From assembly GCA_036259375.1 (NCBI GenBank), contig DATABW010000285.1:1-37074 (forward strand): a stretch of 37,074 nucleotides of DNA, given 5' to 3'. Position 1 is the first letter of the stretch. Every line of letters starts with the position of its first letter. Origin of the DNA: Woeseiaceae bacterium (GTDB lineage: Bacteria > Pseudomonadota > Gammaproteobacteria > Steroidobacterales > Woeseiaceae). Below are positions 28,390 through 36,758 of this stretch, in pieces. Both the position numbers and the translations under genes were made by a program. The notes under the pieces were generated by a model. The model had not been told where the DNA came from, made no database searches, and was given only the letters and a program-made list of their open reading frames with translations.

Positions 28390-28824
28390 CTATTCCGCGA
28401 CGGTTTCGCCGCTGCCGCCCATTTCGGCGGGCAGGTCCTTCATCTTCGGCAGTCCGTCCCGCATGGGCAGCCGCGTATCCGTGTAATGCACGTGCAGCCC
28501 CGCCTCGAACGGGAAATCCGGGATGACGGCCGCATAGACGTCGGTCACGCCCATCGAAGGATGCTCGGTGAGGACGTGGCCCCCGCAGGTCCTGCACCAC
28601 TTGCGGATGCTCGCGGGCGTCTTGGAATACGACTCGAGGTGGTCCCCGCCCTGCGTGATCTGCACCGCGTCCGGCGGCCACAGCGTGAACGCATTGACCG
28701 GCCCGGCAGACCAGCTCCGGCAGGAATCGCAATGACAATATCCCATGCCGACAGGCTCGCCGGTCACGCTCATCTGGATGGCGCCGCAAAAGCAGCTCCC
28801 GTTGAAGCTTTTCTGATCGCTCAT
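28390..28824 (-). CDS. GFA-family (glutathione-dependent formaldehyde-activating / CENP-V-like) zinc protein (144 aa)
   Basis: Cysteine pattern GSCFCGAI ... CHCDSCR ... CRTCG is typical of the GFA domain (PF04828). The gene starts 16 nt downstream of the TerC-family stop, with a GAGG RBS. Confidence 0.85.
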   Translation of the reverse strand: MSDQKSFNGSCFCGAIQMSVTGEPVGMGYCHCDSCRSWSAGPVNAFTLWPPDAVQITQGGDHLESYSKTPASIRKWCRTCGGHVLTEHPSMGVTDVYAAVIPDFPFEAGLHVHYTDTRLPMRDGLPKMKDLPAEMGGSGETVAE

Positions 28825-28840
28825 GATGTGCCTCGTTGCG

Positions 28841-29758
28841 TTATGGTTTGCGGCCTTCCGGAGCCAGCCGCAAGCTGATGACGATCGTCGTCAGGAGAAT
28901 GGTGGCAATGATGCCGACCGAGAGCATCGGCGGCACGTGTATCCAGTCGTGTGTGACCAGTTTGAAGCCGGCGAATGCGAGCACCGCGGCGAGGCCGTAG
29001 TGCAGGTAACGCACTTTCTCGAGCGAAGCGACCAGGACGACGTAAAGCGATCGCAGCCCGAGGATGGCAAAAGCGTTCGAGCTGTAGACCAGGAATTCGC
29101 GGCGCGTAACGGACAACGCGGCCGGCACCGAGTCGATAGCGAACAGGATATCGCTCAACTCCAGCCCGATGATCGCCACCAGGAGCGGAGTAATGAGCAA
29201 CTTGCCGTTCTCCCGGACGAAGAGCTTCTGGCTGGTCCGATCCTTGCTCATCGGCAGGTGGCGCGAAAGCCATTCAACAAGTTGATTTTCCACCACCTCT
29301 TCCTGGGGCTCGCGCATTGCACGCCAGGCGGCGAAGAACAGCAGCGCACCGAAAACGTAGGTGATCCACTGCCATCGTTCCATCGCCGCGACGCCGAGGA
29401 AGATGAAGATCCCGCGGAAGACGAGCGCGCCGAAGATTCCCCAGAGAAGGGCCCGGCGCTGGTTCTCCAGTGGAATCTGCAGCGTCTGGAAGATCAGCAG
29501 GAATACGAAGAGGTTGTCGAGGCTCAGGCTCTCCTCGATCAGGTAGGCGGCGAGATATTCCTGCGCTGCGTCGGCACCCATCAATCCCCAGACGAAAAAG
29601 GTGAATCCGAGACCGATGGAGATCCAGACGCAGCTCCACATGATGTCCTGCCGGCGCGAGCGGCCGTGAGCCCCCCGGTGCGTGTAGAGATCGATCGCAA
29701 GCAATATGAAGAGGGTGGCTCCGAACCCGATCCACGCCCACTGCGGCACTTCGTTCAT
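28841..29758 (-). CDS. TerC/Alx-family integral membrane protein (305 aa)
   Basis: Paired TerC motifs EESLSLDNLFVF and ELSDILFAIDSVPA, with multiple TM helices. Confidence 0.9.
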   Translation of the reverse strand: MNEVPQWAWIGFGATLFILLAIDLYTHRGAHGRSRRQDIMWSCVWISIGLGFTFFVWGLMGADAAQEYLAAYLIEESLSLDNLFVFLLIFQTLQIPLENQRRALLWGIFGALVFRGIFIFLGVAAMERWQWITYVFGALLFFAAWRAMREPQEEVVENQLVEWLSRHLPMSKDRTSQKLFVRENGKLLITPLLVAIIGLELSDILFAIDSVPAALSVTRREFLVYSSNAFAILGLRSLYVVLVASLEKVRYLHYGLAAVLAFAGFKLVTHDWIHVPPMLSVGIIATILLTTIVISLRLAPEGRKP

Positions 29759-29870
29759 CTTGTCACTGGCATTTCGATACCACAGCCTTGCACGGCCGAC
29801 CGCCGAGAGGTCGGCGAAAATCCACTAATTGAAAGCGAAACAGGACCTGCAGGAGCCGGCGCCCGAGCGA

Positions 29871-31259
29871 CTACTCCGCGGTCCCGACGGCCAGTCGGCT
29901 GTTTCGCACGGAATACCCGCCGTAGATGACGAGGCCCAGCGCCATCCAGATTGCGAAATACTGCCAGGTCGCGAGGTCCAGGTTCAGCATCAGATACACG
30001 CAGGCCGCCACACCGAGGAGCGGAAACACCGGGCTGAACGGGACGCGGAACGGGCGGTGCAGGTCCGGGCGGGTCCTGCGCAATACCAGCACGCCGACGC
30101 AGACGATGACGAACGCGAACAAGGTGCCGATGTTGACGAGCTGCGCGATCGCACCGATGGGCGTGAACCCGGCGGCGCAGGACGCGACGATGCCGATGAT
30201 GGCGATGACGAATACAGGCGAGCGTGTCCGCGGGTGTACCGCGGCAAACCGCTCCGGCAGCAATGCATCCCGCGACATCGCGAAGAGCACGCGCGACAGT
30301 CCGTAATACATCACGAGCATGACCGTCGTGAGCCCGGCAATCGCGCCGGCGGCGACCACTGCGGCTCCCCAGCGGTGGCCCAGGCTGAGCAGCGCCGCTG
30401 AAACCGGCGACGGATTGTTCAGCGTGGAATACGGCGCGACTCCGGTCAGCAGCCCTGCGACAACCATATAAATGAGCGTGCAGATGGCAAGCGAGCCGAT
30501 GATGCCGATCGGCATGTTGCGCTGCGGCTGTTTCGTTTCCTCCGCGGCCGTCGAGACGGCATCGAACCCGATATAGGCGAAGAAGATGAGCGCGGCGCCA
30601 TCGACAATCCCCTGCCAGCCGAACGGCATGAAGGGCGTCCAGTTATCCGTGTCCACGTTGCCGACGGCGATGACGATGAAGATCGCTATCGCCATGAGCT
30701 TTATGAAGACGACGGCAGCGTTGAACCGTGCGCTGTGCTTGACGCCGAACGCGAGCAGGACGCCCAGCAGAAGGATAATCAGCATCGCCGGCAGGTTGAC
30801 GATCCCGCCGGTGTCCGCGCCGGGCGCCGACAAAAGGGCAGCCGGCAATTCGATGCCGGCCGCAGTCAGGGCATTGTTGAAATACCCCGACCAGCCGACC
30901 GCTACGGCGGAGACGGCCATCCCGTATTCCAGCACCAGTGCCCAACCGATGATCCACGCGACGATTTCGCCGAGCGCCGCGTAAGCGTAGCCGTAGGCGC
31001 TGCCGCAGCCGCCGACCGCGGCCGCGAGCTCCGCATAGCAGAGACCGGCAAAAACGCAGGCGAAACCCGCCAGCACGAAAGAGAGGACGAGTGCCGGTCC
31101 GGCCTGGGTCGCGGCGGCGACGCCCGTCAGGACGAACACGCCTGCGCCGATGATGGCCCCGATCCCGAGCAGCACGAGATCGCCCGCGCCCAGCGTGCGG
31201 AGCAGGCCGGTTTCACCGTGCACATCGGTGCCGATCGCCTTGGTGCGAAACAAGTCCAT
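29871..31259 (-). CDS. APC-superfamily amino-acid permease (cationic amino-acid transporter-like, 462 aa)
   Basis: LLRTLGAGDLVLLGIGAIIGAGVFVLTG ... CYAELAAAVGGCGSAYGYAY ... about 12 TM segments. RBS GGGGAG lies upstream of ATG 31259. Confidence 0.9.
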   Translation of the reverse strand: MDLFRTKAIGTDVHGETGLLRTLGAGDLVLLGIGAIIGAGVFVLTGVAAATQAGPALVLSFVLAGFACVFAGLCYAELAAAVGGCGSAYGYAYAALGEIVAWIIGWALVLEYGMAVSAVAVGWSGYFNNALTAAGIELPAALLSAPGADTGGIVNLPAMLIILLLGVLLAFGVKHSARFNAAVVFIKLMAIAIFIVIAVGNVDTDNWTPFMPFGWQGIVDGAALIFFAYIGFDAVSTAAEETKQPQRNMPIGIIGSLAICTLIYMVVAGLLTGVAPYSTLNNPSPVSAALLSLGHRWGAAVVAAGAIAGLTTVMLVMYYGLSRVLFAMSRDALLPERFAAVHPRTRSPVFVIAIIGIVASCAAGFTPIGAIAQLVNIGTLFAFVIVCVGVLVLRRTRPDLHRPFRVPFSPVFPLLGVAACVYLMLNLDLATWQYFAIWMALGLVIYGGYSVRNSRLAVGTAE

Positions 31260-31557
31260 CTCGACTCCCCGTGTCGCCCTTCAGTTGGCCACGAACTCTA
31301 TCACAGAGAATTGGACCCGAACCGCAGTTTTCCCTTGCGGACGAGGCCGCTATTCAGGGCGAAATGCGCGGCTCACGCACCGACGCGGCCGACGGTTCGC
31401 CCTCCCGCAACGAAGACGAGGCGGGGCCGGATCGGCTACACTGGGGGGCCTTTGAAACCAGAAACCGACACCCGACTGCTCCCCCCTCCCGCCTGCTGCC
31501 TGGCGCAGGTATGCGCCTGCCAGACCGATAAAGATCCGCCAGCCTTACACGCCCGCC

Positions 31558-32685
31558 GTGCACTGGATGCAAACACAGTCGCAGCACGACGGCGTGAAGC
31601 TGAAATGGCGGGGGGCAGCGCACGTGCGCCTGGCTGACTTCATCGCCGCCCACAAGGACCAGGTGATCGAGCGCTGGCAGGAACACGCGCCGGAGCGATT
31701 GCACCTGATGCTCGACAGGTCGGCGCTTCTGGACCACCTGCCCCATTTCATCGACGATGTCATCGAGGCGCTGCGGTCGAAGGCAGGAGGCTGGCCGCAC
31801 ATCGAAAGCGCGGAGGGGCATGGCCGGCAACGGCTGGAAGTCGGCGTCGATGCCGGCAGCCTGATACGCGAGATGCACCTGGTCGGCGAGACGGTTGCCG
31901 ACCTCGCGAAGGAAAAGGGCGAGGACTTCGCGGTCGATGACCTGCTGCGCATGACGTACATCATCGGCCTCGGCGCGGCCGCGTCCGTCAGCGCTTACGC
32001 CGCGCTGCGCGACAAGCAGCTCGCCGACCAGGCGGCGCAACATTTCTCCTTCATTGCTCACGAGATCCGGAACCCGCTGCACAGCGCGCGGCTCGCCGCA
32101 CAGGTTCTGGCCCGGGTCCCGGAAGCCGAACGCGTCCCTCACCTCGAACGGCTCGACCGCGCGCTCGCCCAGCTCGAAGAGCTGGTCGACGACTCGCTGA
32201 TCGAGGCCCGCCTGTTCGGGGAGCCCCGCCTGAACGTGGAATGCTTGCGGTCCATCGAGCTGGTCGAGAGCGCTCACGACGACCTGGCCGGCCAGATCGC
32301 CGACAAGGGCCTGCTCCTGAGCAACCGGGTGGAGGACTTCACGCTGGAGGCGGATCGCACGCTGCTCGGCTCCGCGCTGATCAACCTGATGCGCAACGCC
32401 GTCAAGTTCACCCGCAACGGCGGCCGCATCGCCGTGACCGCGAAGCACACCGACAGCCGTGCCGTGTTCACGGTGCGGGACGAGTGCGGCGGCATTCCTG
32501 AAGACTTCATGCCCAAACTGTTCAAGCCTTTCGTGCAGGCGGACTCCGGCAAGGGCGGTTCGGGTCTCGGCCTGATGATCGTGAAGCAAGCCGTGGAAGC
32601 ACACGGCGGCACGATCGACGTGGAGAACGAGCCCGGCAAAAGCTGCTGCTTCACCGTCGAGCTGCCGCGCACACAGCCCGTCTAG
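31558..32685 (+). CDS. Soluble sensor histidine kinase (375 aa; GTG 31558, first ATG at 31567)
   Basis: H-box FSFIAHEIRNPLHSA. N-box LINLMRNAVKFT. G-boxes RDECGGIPED and GSGLGLMIVKQAVEAHGG. The N-terminal ~170 aa has no TM segment (LADFIAAHKDQVIERWQEH, RsbRD-N-like by eye). Confidence 0.85.
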   Translation: MHWMQTQSQHDGVKLKWRGAAHVRLADFIAAHKDQVIERWQEHAPERLHLMLDRSALLDHLPHFIDDVIEALRSKAGGWPHIESAEGHGRQRLEVGVDAGSLIREMHLVGETVADLAKEKGEDFAVDDLLRMTYIIGLGAAASVSAYAALRDKQLADQAAQHFSFIAHEIRNPLHSARLAAQVLARVPEAERVPHLERLDRALAQLEELVDDSLIEARLFGEPRLNVECLRSIELVESAHDDLAGQIADKGLLLSNRVEDFTLEADRTLLGSALINLMRNAVKFTRNGGRIAVTAKHTDSRAVFTVRDECGGIPEDFMPKLFKPFVQADSGKGGSGLGLMIVKQAVEAHGGTIDVENEPGKSCCFTVELPRTQPV

Positions 32686-32700
32686 GAGTCTCGCCGGCTC

Positions 32701-33441
32701 CTAAACCGCGTCATGGAAAATGATGCCGAGCGTGCGGCGCCGGCCGCTGCGAAGGCGGCTCACACCATGGCGCATGTTGACCCGGTAGTAGCCGCGCGCA
32801 CCCTCCACCGGCCGGAGATGAACCGCGAACACGACGGCGTCGCCCTTCTGCAGCGGCACGACCTCGGGGCGCGACTGCATCCGCGGCCGCTGCTCGGTCA
32901 AAACGAACTCGCCGCCGGTGAAATCCTTGCCCGGCTCGGACAGCAGCACCGCAAGCTGCAGTGGAAAGACACGTTCGCCGTACAGGTCCTGGTGCAGGCA
33001 GTTGTAGTCGCCGGATTCGTACGAGAGCAGCAGCGGCGTCGGCCGTACCTGCCCTGCTTCGCGGCAGCGCGCGATGAAGTCCGGATGCTTTTCCGGATAG
33101 CGGGCGTCGATCTTCAGGGCCGCACTCCAGCGATTCGCAATGCCGGCCAGGTGCTCGTACATCGAGGTCCGCAGAAGCGATACGGGCTCAGGCAGCGGAT
33201 AGCTGAAGTACTTGTACTCGCCGCGACCGAAATTGTGGCGGGCCATCACGACGCGGCTCCTGAACCGGGATTCGTCTTCGTACAGCGCCGCCAGTCCGTC
33301 ACACTCCCGCGGCGTGAGCAGCGCGGCGACTGTCGCCGATCCGCGCGCATCCAGGTCCGCGGCAACACCTTGCCAATCGACAGTATCGACGCGGGCCGCC
33401 AGGTCCGCCACAGCTTCGAAAGGCCGTCCCGGCGCGCTCAC
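32701..33441 (-). CDS. 2OG-Fe(II) oxygenase-like protein of the ada-linked type (246 aa)
   Basis: HxD facial-triad candidate CLHQD, distal MRHGVSRLRSGRR, and GGEFVL. GTG start 33441 overlaps the ada TGA (GTGA). It resembles the family usually annotated as an oxygenase acting on damaged DNA (PF09859), from memory. Confidence 0.7.
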   Translation of the reverse strand: MSAPGRPFEAVADLAARVDTVDWQGVAADLDARGSATVAALLTPRECDGLAALYEDESRFRSRVVMARHNFGRGEYKYFSYPLPEPVSLLRTSMYEHLAGIANRWSAALKIDARYPEKHPDFIARCREAGQVRPTPLLLSYESGDYNCLHQDLYGERVFPLQLAVLLSEPGKDFTGGEFVLTEQRPRMQSRPEVVPLQKGDAVVFAVHLRPVEGARGYYRVNMRHGVSRLRSGRRRTLGIIFHDAV

Positions 33442-34526
33442 GTTTTGGCTTCGGCTTGCAACAGCGCGCGCTTCCGCTCGACGCCCCAGCGATAACCTGA
33501 AAGGCCGCCGTCCGTCCGCACCACGCGATGGCAGGGGATGGCTACGGCGAGGACGTTGGCGCCGCAGGCCTGCGCCACGGCGCGTGCCGACCCTGGCGCG
33601 CCGATGCGCTCGGCGATCGCGCGGTAGCTCGCCCGATCGCCGGCCGGGATGTCCCGCAGCGCCTGCCAGACCCGCTGCTGGAAGGCCGTGCCGCGCACGT
33701 CCAGCGGCAGGTCGAGTCCTACGGCAGGCGCCTCGACGAAACCGACGACCCGGGACACGACTTCTTCGAATTCCGCGTCGCCGCCGATGAGATTGGCGCG
33801 GGGAAACAGGTCCTGCAGGTCGCGGGCCAGCGCGTCGGGATCGTCACCGAGCAGTATGGCGCAAATCCCGCGCTCGCTTTGCGCGACCAGGATCGCGCCG
33901 AGGGAACATTCACCGATAGCGAAACGGATGTCGACATTCGCTCCGCCGGACCGGTAACGGCGCGGCGTCATGCCGAGGACGGCGTTCGATCTCTCGTAGA
34001 ATCGTGCGTTCGAGCCATAGCCAGCGCCAAAGATCGCGTCCGTCACGCTATCGCCGCTCGCAAGCTCCCGGCGCAGGCGCCGTTCGCGATGCGCCGCCGC
34101 GTACGCCTTGGGCGTCAACCCGGTCGTTTTGGGGAACAGGGGGGGGAAGTGATGGCGGCTCAATCCGGCCCCGGCCGCCAGCTCGGCAAGCGCAGGAACC
34201 GGTCGCGATGCTTCGATCGCCTGCTCGATGGCCCGGCAGGCCTTCACGACCTTCTCCGTATGCCGGGCCGCGAGCGCCTGCTCGTCGGGCCGGCATCGTT
34301 TGCACGGCCGGAAGCCGGCGCGTTCCGCGTCCTCGCGGGTCGCGTGAAAGCGTACGTTCTCCGGCCGCGCCAGCCGCGCGCCGCAGGACGGGCGGCAGTA
34401 GACCCCTGTCGTTGCGACCGAGTACCAGAAACGGCCGTCGGCGTCGCGGCTGCGGGCGACCACGGCGGCCCAGCGGGGATCTTCAACGGTGGCGGCGAGT
34501 TTCGCTTCCCTGGCGGTGGTGTTCAT
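33438..34526 (-). CDS. ada: Ada: bifunctional methylphosphotriester/O6-alkylguanine DNA methyltransferase and AraC-type activator (362 aa)
   Basis: Zn-Cys4 N-domain (YCRPSCGARLARPENVRF...GFRPCKRCRP). AraC HTH (AGLSRHHFPPLFPKTTGLTPKAY). MGMT active site IPCHRVV. Confidence 0.92.
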   Translation of the reverse strand: MNTTAREAKLAATVEDPRWAAVVARSRDADGRFWYSVATTGVYCRPSCGARLARPENVRFHATREDAERAGFRPCKRCRPDEQALAARHTEKVVKACRAIEQAIEASRPVPALAELAAGAGLSRHHFPPLFPKTTGLTPKAYAAAHRERRLRRELASGDSVTDAIFGAGYGSNARFYERSNAVLGMTPRRYRSGGANVDIRFAIGECSLGAILVAQSERGICAILLGDDPDALARDLQDLFPRANLIGGDAEFEEVVSRVVGFVEAPAVGLDLPLDVRGTAFQQRVWQALRDIPAGDRASYRAIAERIGAPGSARAVAQACGANVLAVAIPCHRVVRTDGGLSGYRWGVERKRALLQAEAKT

Positions 34527-34643
34527 GCGGGTGACTCTTTCTTAACGGGTTCGCGGTGAACTCTATCGAGCAGAAGACAGCGCCGCACTCCGGTCCTTGC
34601 TCTCGAATTCGGAAACACGGCAGGAGTCGATGGGATACCGCTG

Positions 34644-34707
34644 CAGGAGCCCGTTCATGGGCGGCACGGCCGCAGATGTTGCTGTCGCGCGTGAGAAGGG
34701 CTCCTAC
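34644..34707. repeat. Spacer palindrome family copy outside the permease array (~64 nt)
   Basis: caggagcccgttcatgggcggcacggccgcagatgttgctgtcgcgcgtgagaagggctcctac is collinear and equal in length with the 17471..17533 copy. The first 12 nt are identical, and cgtgag sits at the same offset. It overlaps the stop codon (34704..34706) of the hybrid kinase gene. Confidence 0.6.
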
Positions 34708-36758
34708 ACCTCCGTTCGACGCGGGAGTTCCGACAGCAGCTTCGCCAGCACCGTGTGTTCGACGGGCTTGACGAAATGATCGTCGAAGCCTGCCGCGCGC
34801 GACTCCTCACGATCCTCTGCCTGCCCCCAACCGGTCAGCGCGATCAGCACGATGTCGCTGCCCCAGGATTCCTGCCGTATTCGCCGCGCCACTTCATAGC
34901 CGTTGAGTTGCGGCATACCGATGTCGAGCAGGATGACGTGGGGCCTGAGACTCTCCGCCGCTTCGAGCGCTGCGAACCCGTCGTGGGCGGTGTGGGTATC
35001 GTGACCGGCATGCGCCAGCAGCATCGCGAGCGAATCGGCGGAATCGCGGTTGTCGTCGACAACGAGGATCCGGCGTGCCGCGCCGGGGAGCGCATCCCCG
35101 CCCTTATCGCCGGACGCTTTCGTCCTTGCCTCCACGACCGGGAGCCGCAAAACGAACTCGCTGCCGCGACCGGGCCCGTCGCTGTGCACCTCGACCGTGC
35201 CGCCGTGCATCTCGACGAGGTTCTTCACCAGTGTCAGGCCGATGCCGAGTCCGCCCTGGCTCCGTTCGTGCGAGGTGTCGACCTGTCCGAACATCTCGAA
35301 AATGTGAGCCCGCATCTCGCGCGGAATCCCGATCCCGGTGTCGCGGACGCGAATTACCACAGCCTCTCCCTGCCGCTCGACGATGAGACGGATGCGGCCG
35401 CTCTCCGGCGTGTACTTGGCAGCGTTGTTCAACAGGTTCGACACTGCCTGCGCCAGGCGCGTCAGATCGGCGTTCACCCAGATCGTCTTCGATGGCAGCG
35501 TCACCGTGAACTCCTGGCCCGATGCTTCTATGAGCGGCCGGCTGGTCTCGACCGCACTCTGGATGACCACGGCCAGCGCCACGCGCTCCTTCCGGAGCTC
35601 GAACTTGTTGCGACTGATGCGCGACACGTCCAGCAGGTCGTCGACCAGGCGGACCAGGTGAGTGACTTGCCGTTCGATCGTTTCGCGCGCCTGCTCGGCC
35701 ACATCGCCGTCGATTCCCGCAAGCCGCATGATCTGCACGGAATTGCGTATGGGCGCGAGGGGATTACGCAATTCATGCGCGAGTGTTGCCAGGAATTCAT
35801 CCTTTCGCCGATCGGCATCGGCGAGCGCCTCCTTCGCCTCTATGGCATCTTCCATCACATTGAGGGCCGCCTGGCGCGCGTCGCGTGCTTCGGCGATGCG
35901 GGCGGCCAGCTCGGCATTGGTCTTGCGCAGCCGCTCCTCGTTTTCGCGAGCGGCATCGGCAAGCTCATTCTGGCGCTGATTGCCCTCCCGCAGCATCCGT
36001 AGCTCGTCCATCAACCGCTGGCTGATGTGGCACGACTCGGCCTCCGGATCGTTCAGCAGGTGCTTGGCCAGCGCATCGTTCCTGGCGAGCAGCTCCCGGA
36101 CGTCGTCCTCGAGCTCCAGTGTCTCGTGCACCCGCGTCCAGTAATGCGCTGTCCGGACAAAGCAGAGAAGCACCAGCAGGTATTCCGAACGCGCTGCGCC
36201 CAGGATATGCCGAACTGCAGCGAGGCAGTCCGGCGCTTCGGCCGTCTCCAGGAACACGTGCGCGGCGCAGGCAAACAGCGCTTCGTCCATTTCGGATTCG
36301 GGCGGCGGCAGTTCGGGCAGGGGCGCCGCGGCGGCCTTGCAGCGATCGATGTGGCGTTCGAGCGCCGGGCCTCTCGGCAACGGCCGCCGCAGCAGCTGCA
36401 ATGTCTCCTCCAGGCTCTGCACCGGCGCGCGCTCATCGCCCGCCGGACGACCGAGCCCGGTCAGGAACCCGACGTGGCGGATGACGCAGTAGCGAACATC
36501 GCAAAAGCGGGACAGGTAGACGAACAACCGCTCCTTGAACAGCGCATCCAGCGGGTTGTCCAGGTAGGCGAATTTCGCAAATCCCCACAAATTTGCAGTG
36601 ATTTCCGGCCTCTGCGGCGGCAGCCGGAAGAAGTTCGGCAGAACGCCGAGTCTTCCCGCGATCTCCTCCTGCAGCTGCCGCGATCCCGGCGCCTCGTCGG
36701 TTGCGGCGCATTTCGGGAGGACAGCGGCCATGTCGCCGCCGCGGGGTGCTCTAGGCAT
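34704..36758 (-). CDS. Hybrid sensor histidine kinase / response regulator with AhpD/CMD-like N-terminal domain (684 aa; alternative ATG 36731)
   Basis: N-terminal [21 protein letters not shown]...[21 protein letters not shown] fits the carboxymuconolactone-decarboxylase/AhpD motif (S..n.C.YC...H). A coiled coil follows. H-box [16 protein letters not shown]. HATPase LNNAAKYT and [10 protein letters not shown]. Receiver domain [14 protein letters not shown]...[12 protein letters not shown]. Confidence 0.88.
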   Translation of the reverse strand: MPRAPRGGDMAAVLPKCAATDEAPGSRQLQEEIAGRLGVLPNFFRLPPQRPEITANLWGFAKFAYLDNPLDALFKERLFVYLSRFCDVRYCVIRHVGFLTGLGRPAGDERAPVQSLEETLQLLRRPLPRGPALERHIDRCKAAAAPLPELPPPESEMDEALFACAAHVFLETAEAPDCLAAVRHILGAARSEYLLVLLCFVRTAHYWTRVHETLELEDDVRELLARNDALAKHLLNDPEAESCHISQRLMDELRMLREGNQRQNELADAARENEERLRKTNAELAARIAEARDARQAALNVMEDAIEAKEALADADRRKDEFLATLAHELRNPLAPIRNSVQIMRLAGIDGDVAEQARETIERQVTHLVRLVDDLLDVSRISRNKFELRKERVALAVVIQSAVETSRPLIEASGQEFTVTLPSKTIWVNADLTRLAQAVSNLLNNAAKYTPESGRIRLIVERQGEAVVIRVRDTGIGIPREMRAHIFEMFGQVDTSHERSQGGLGIGLTLVKNLVEMHGGTVEVHSDGPGRGSEFVLRLPVVEARTKASGDKGGDALPGAARRILVVDDNRDSADSLAMLLAHAGHDTHTAHDGFAALEAAESLRPHVILLDIGMPQLNGYEVARRIRQESWGSDIVLIALTGWGQAEDREESRAAGFDDHFVKPVEHTVLAKLLSELPRRTEV

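Noticed and set aside
28384-28393. Perfect palindrome ATAGCGCTAT between the MBL and GFA genes.
   Set aside because: It is simply two convergent stop codons (TAG / CTA) separated by 2 nt. It is too short to be a meaningful structure.
29759-29870. Looked for a yybP-ykoY (Mn2+) riboswitch upstream of the TerC-family gene; noted the hairpin GCCGACC-N7-GGTCGGC at 29795..29815.
   Set aside because: I could not recognise the conserved riboswitch cores in the 112-nt spacer. The hairpin has no U-tract on the transcribed (minus) strand, so neither a riboswitch nor an intrinsic terminator can be supported by eye. A covariance-model scan (Rfam RF00080) would settle it.
31260-31557. The largest non-coding stretch (298 nt) between the amino-acid permease and the kinase: candidate leader RNA or riboswitch, the near-palindrome CTCTGTGATAGAG, small hairpins (31322..31340, 31502..31517), and ORF 31271..31531.
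   Set aside because: No match by eye to known amino-acid riboswitch cores (lysine, glycine). The hairpins are short. The 86-aa ORF has no RBS and no recognisable motif. Worth an Rfam scan, but nothing here can be asserted.
34558-34567. The 10-mer GAACTCTATC is shared by the ada upstream region (34558..34567) and the amino-acid permease upstream region (31303..31312).
   Set aside because: A single shared 10-mer among several hundred nt of spacer could be chance, and there is no further flanking similarity. It cannot be called a common operator without genome-wide statistics.
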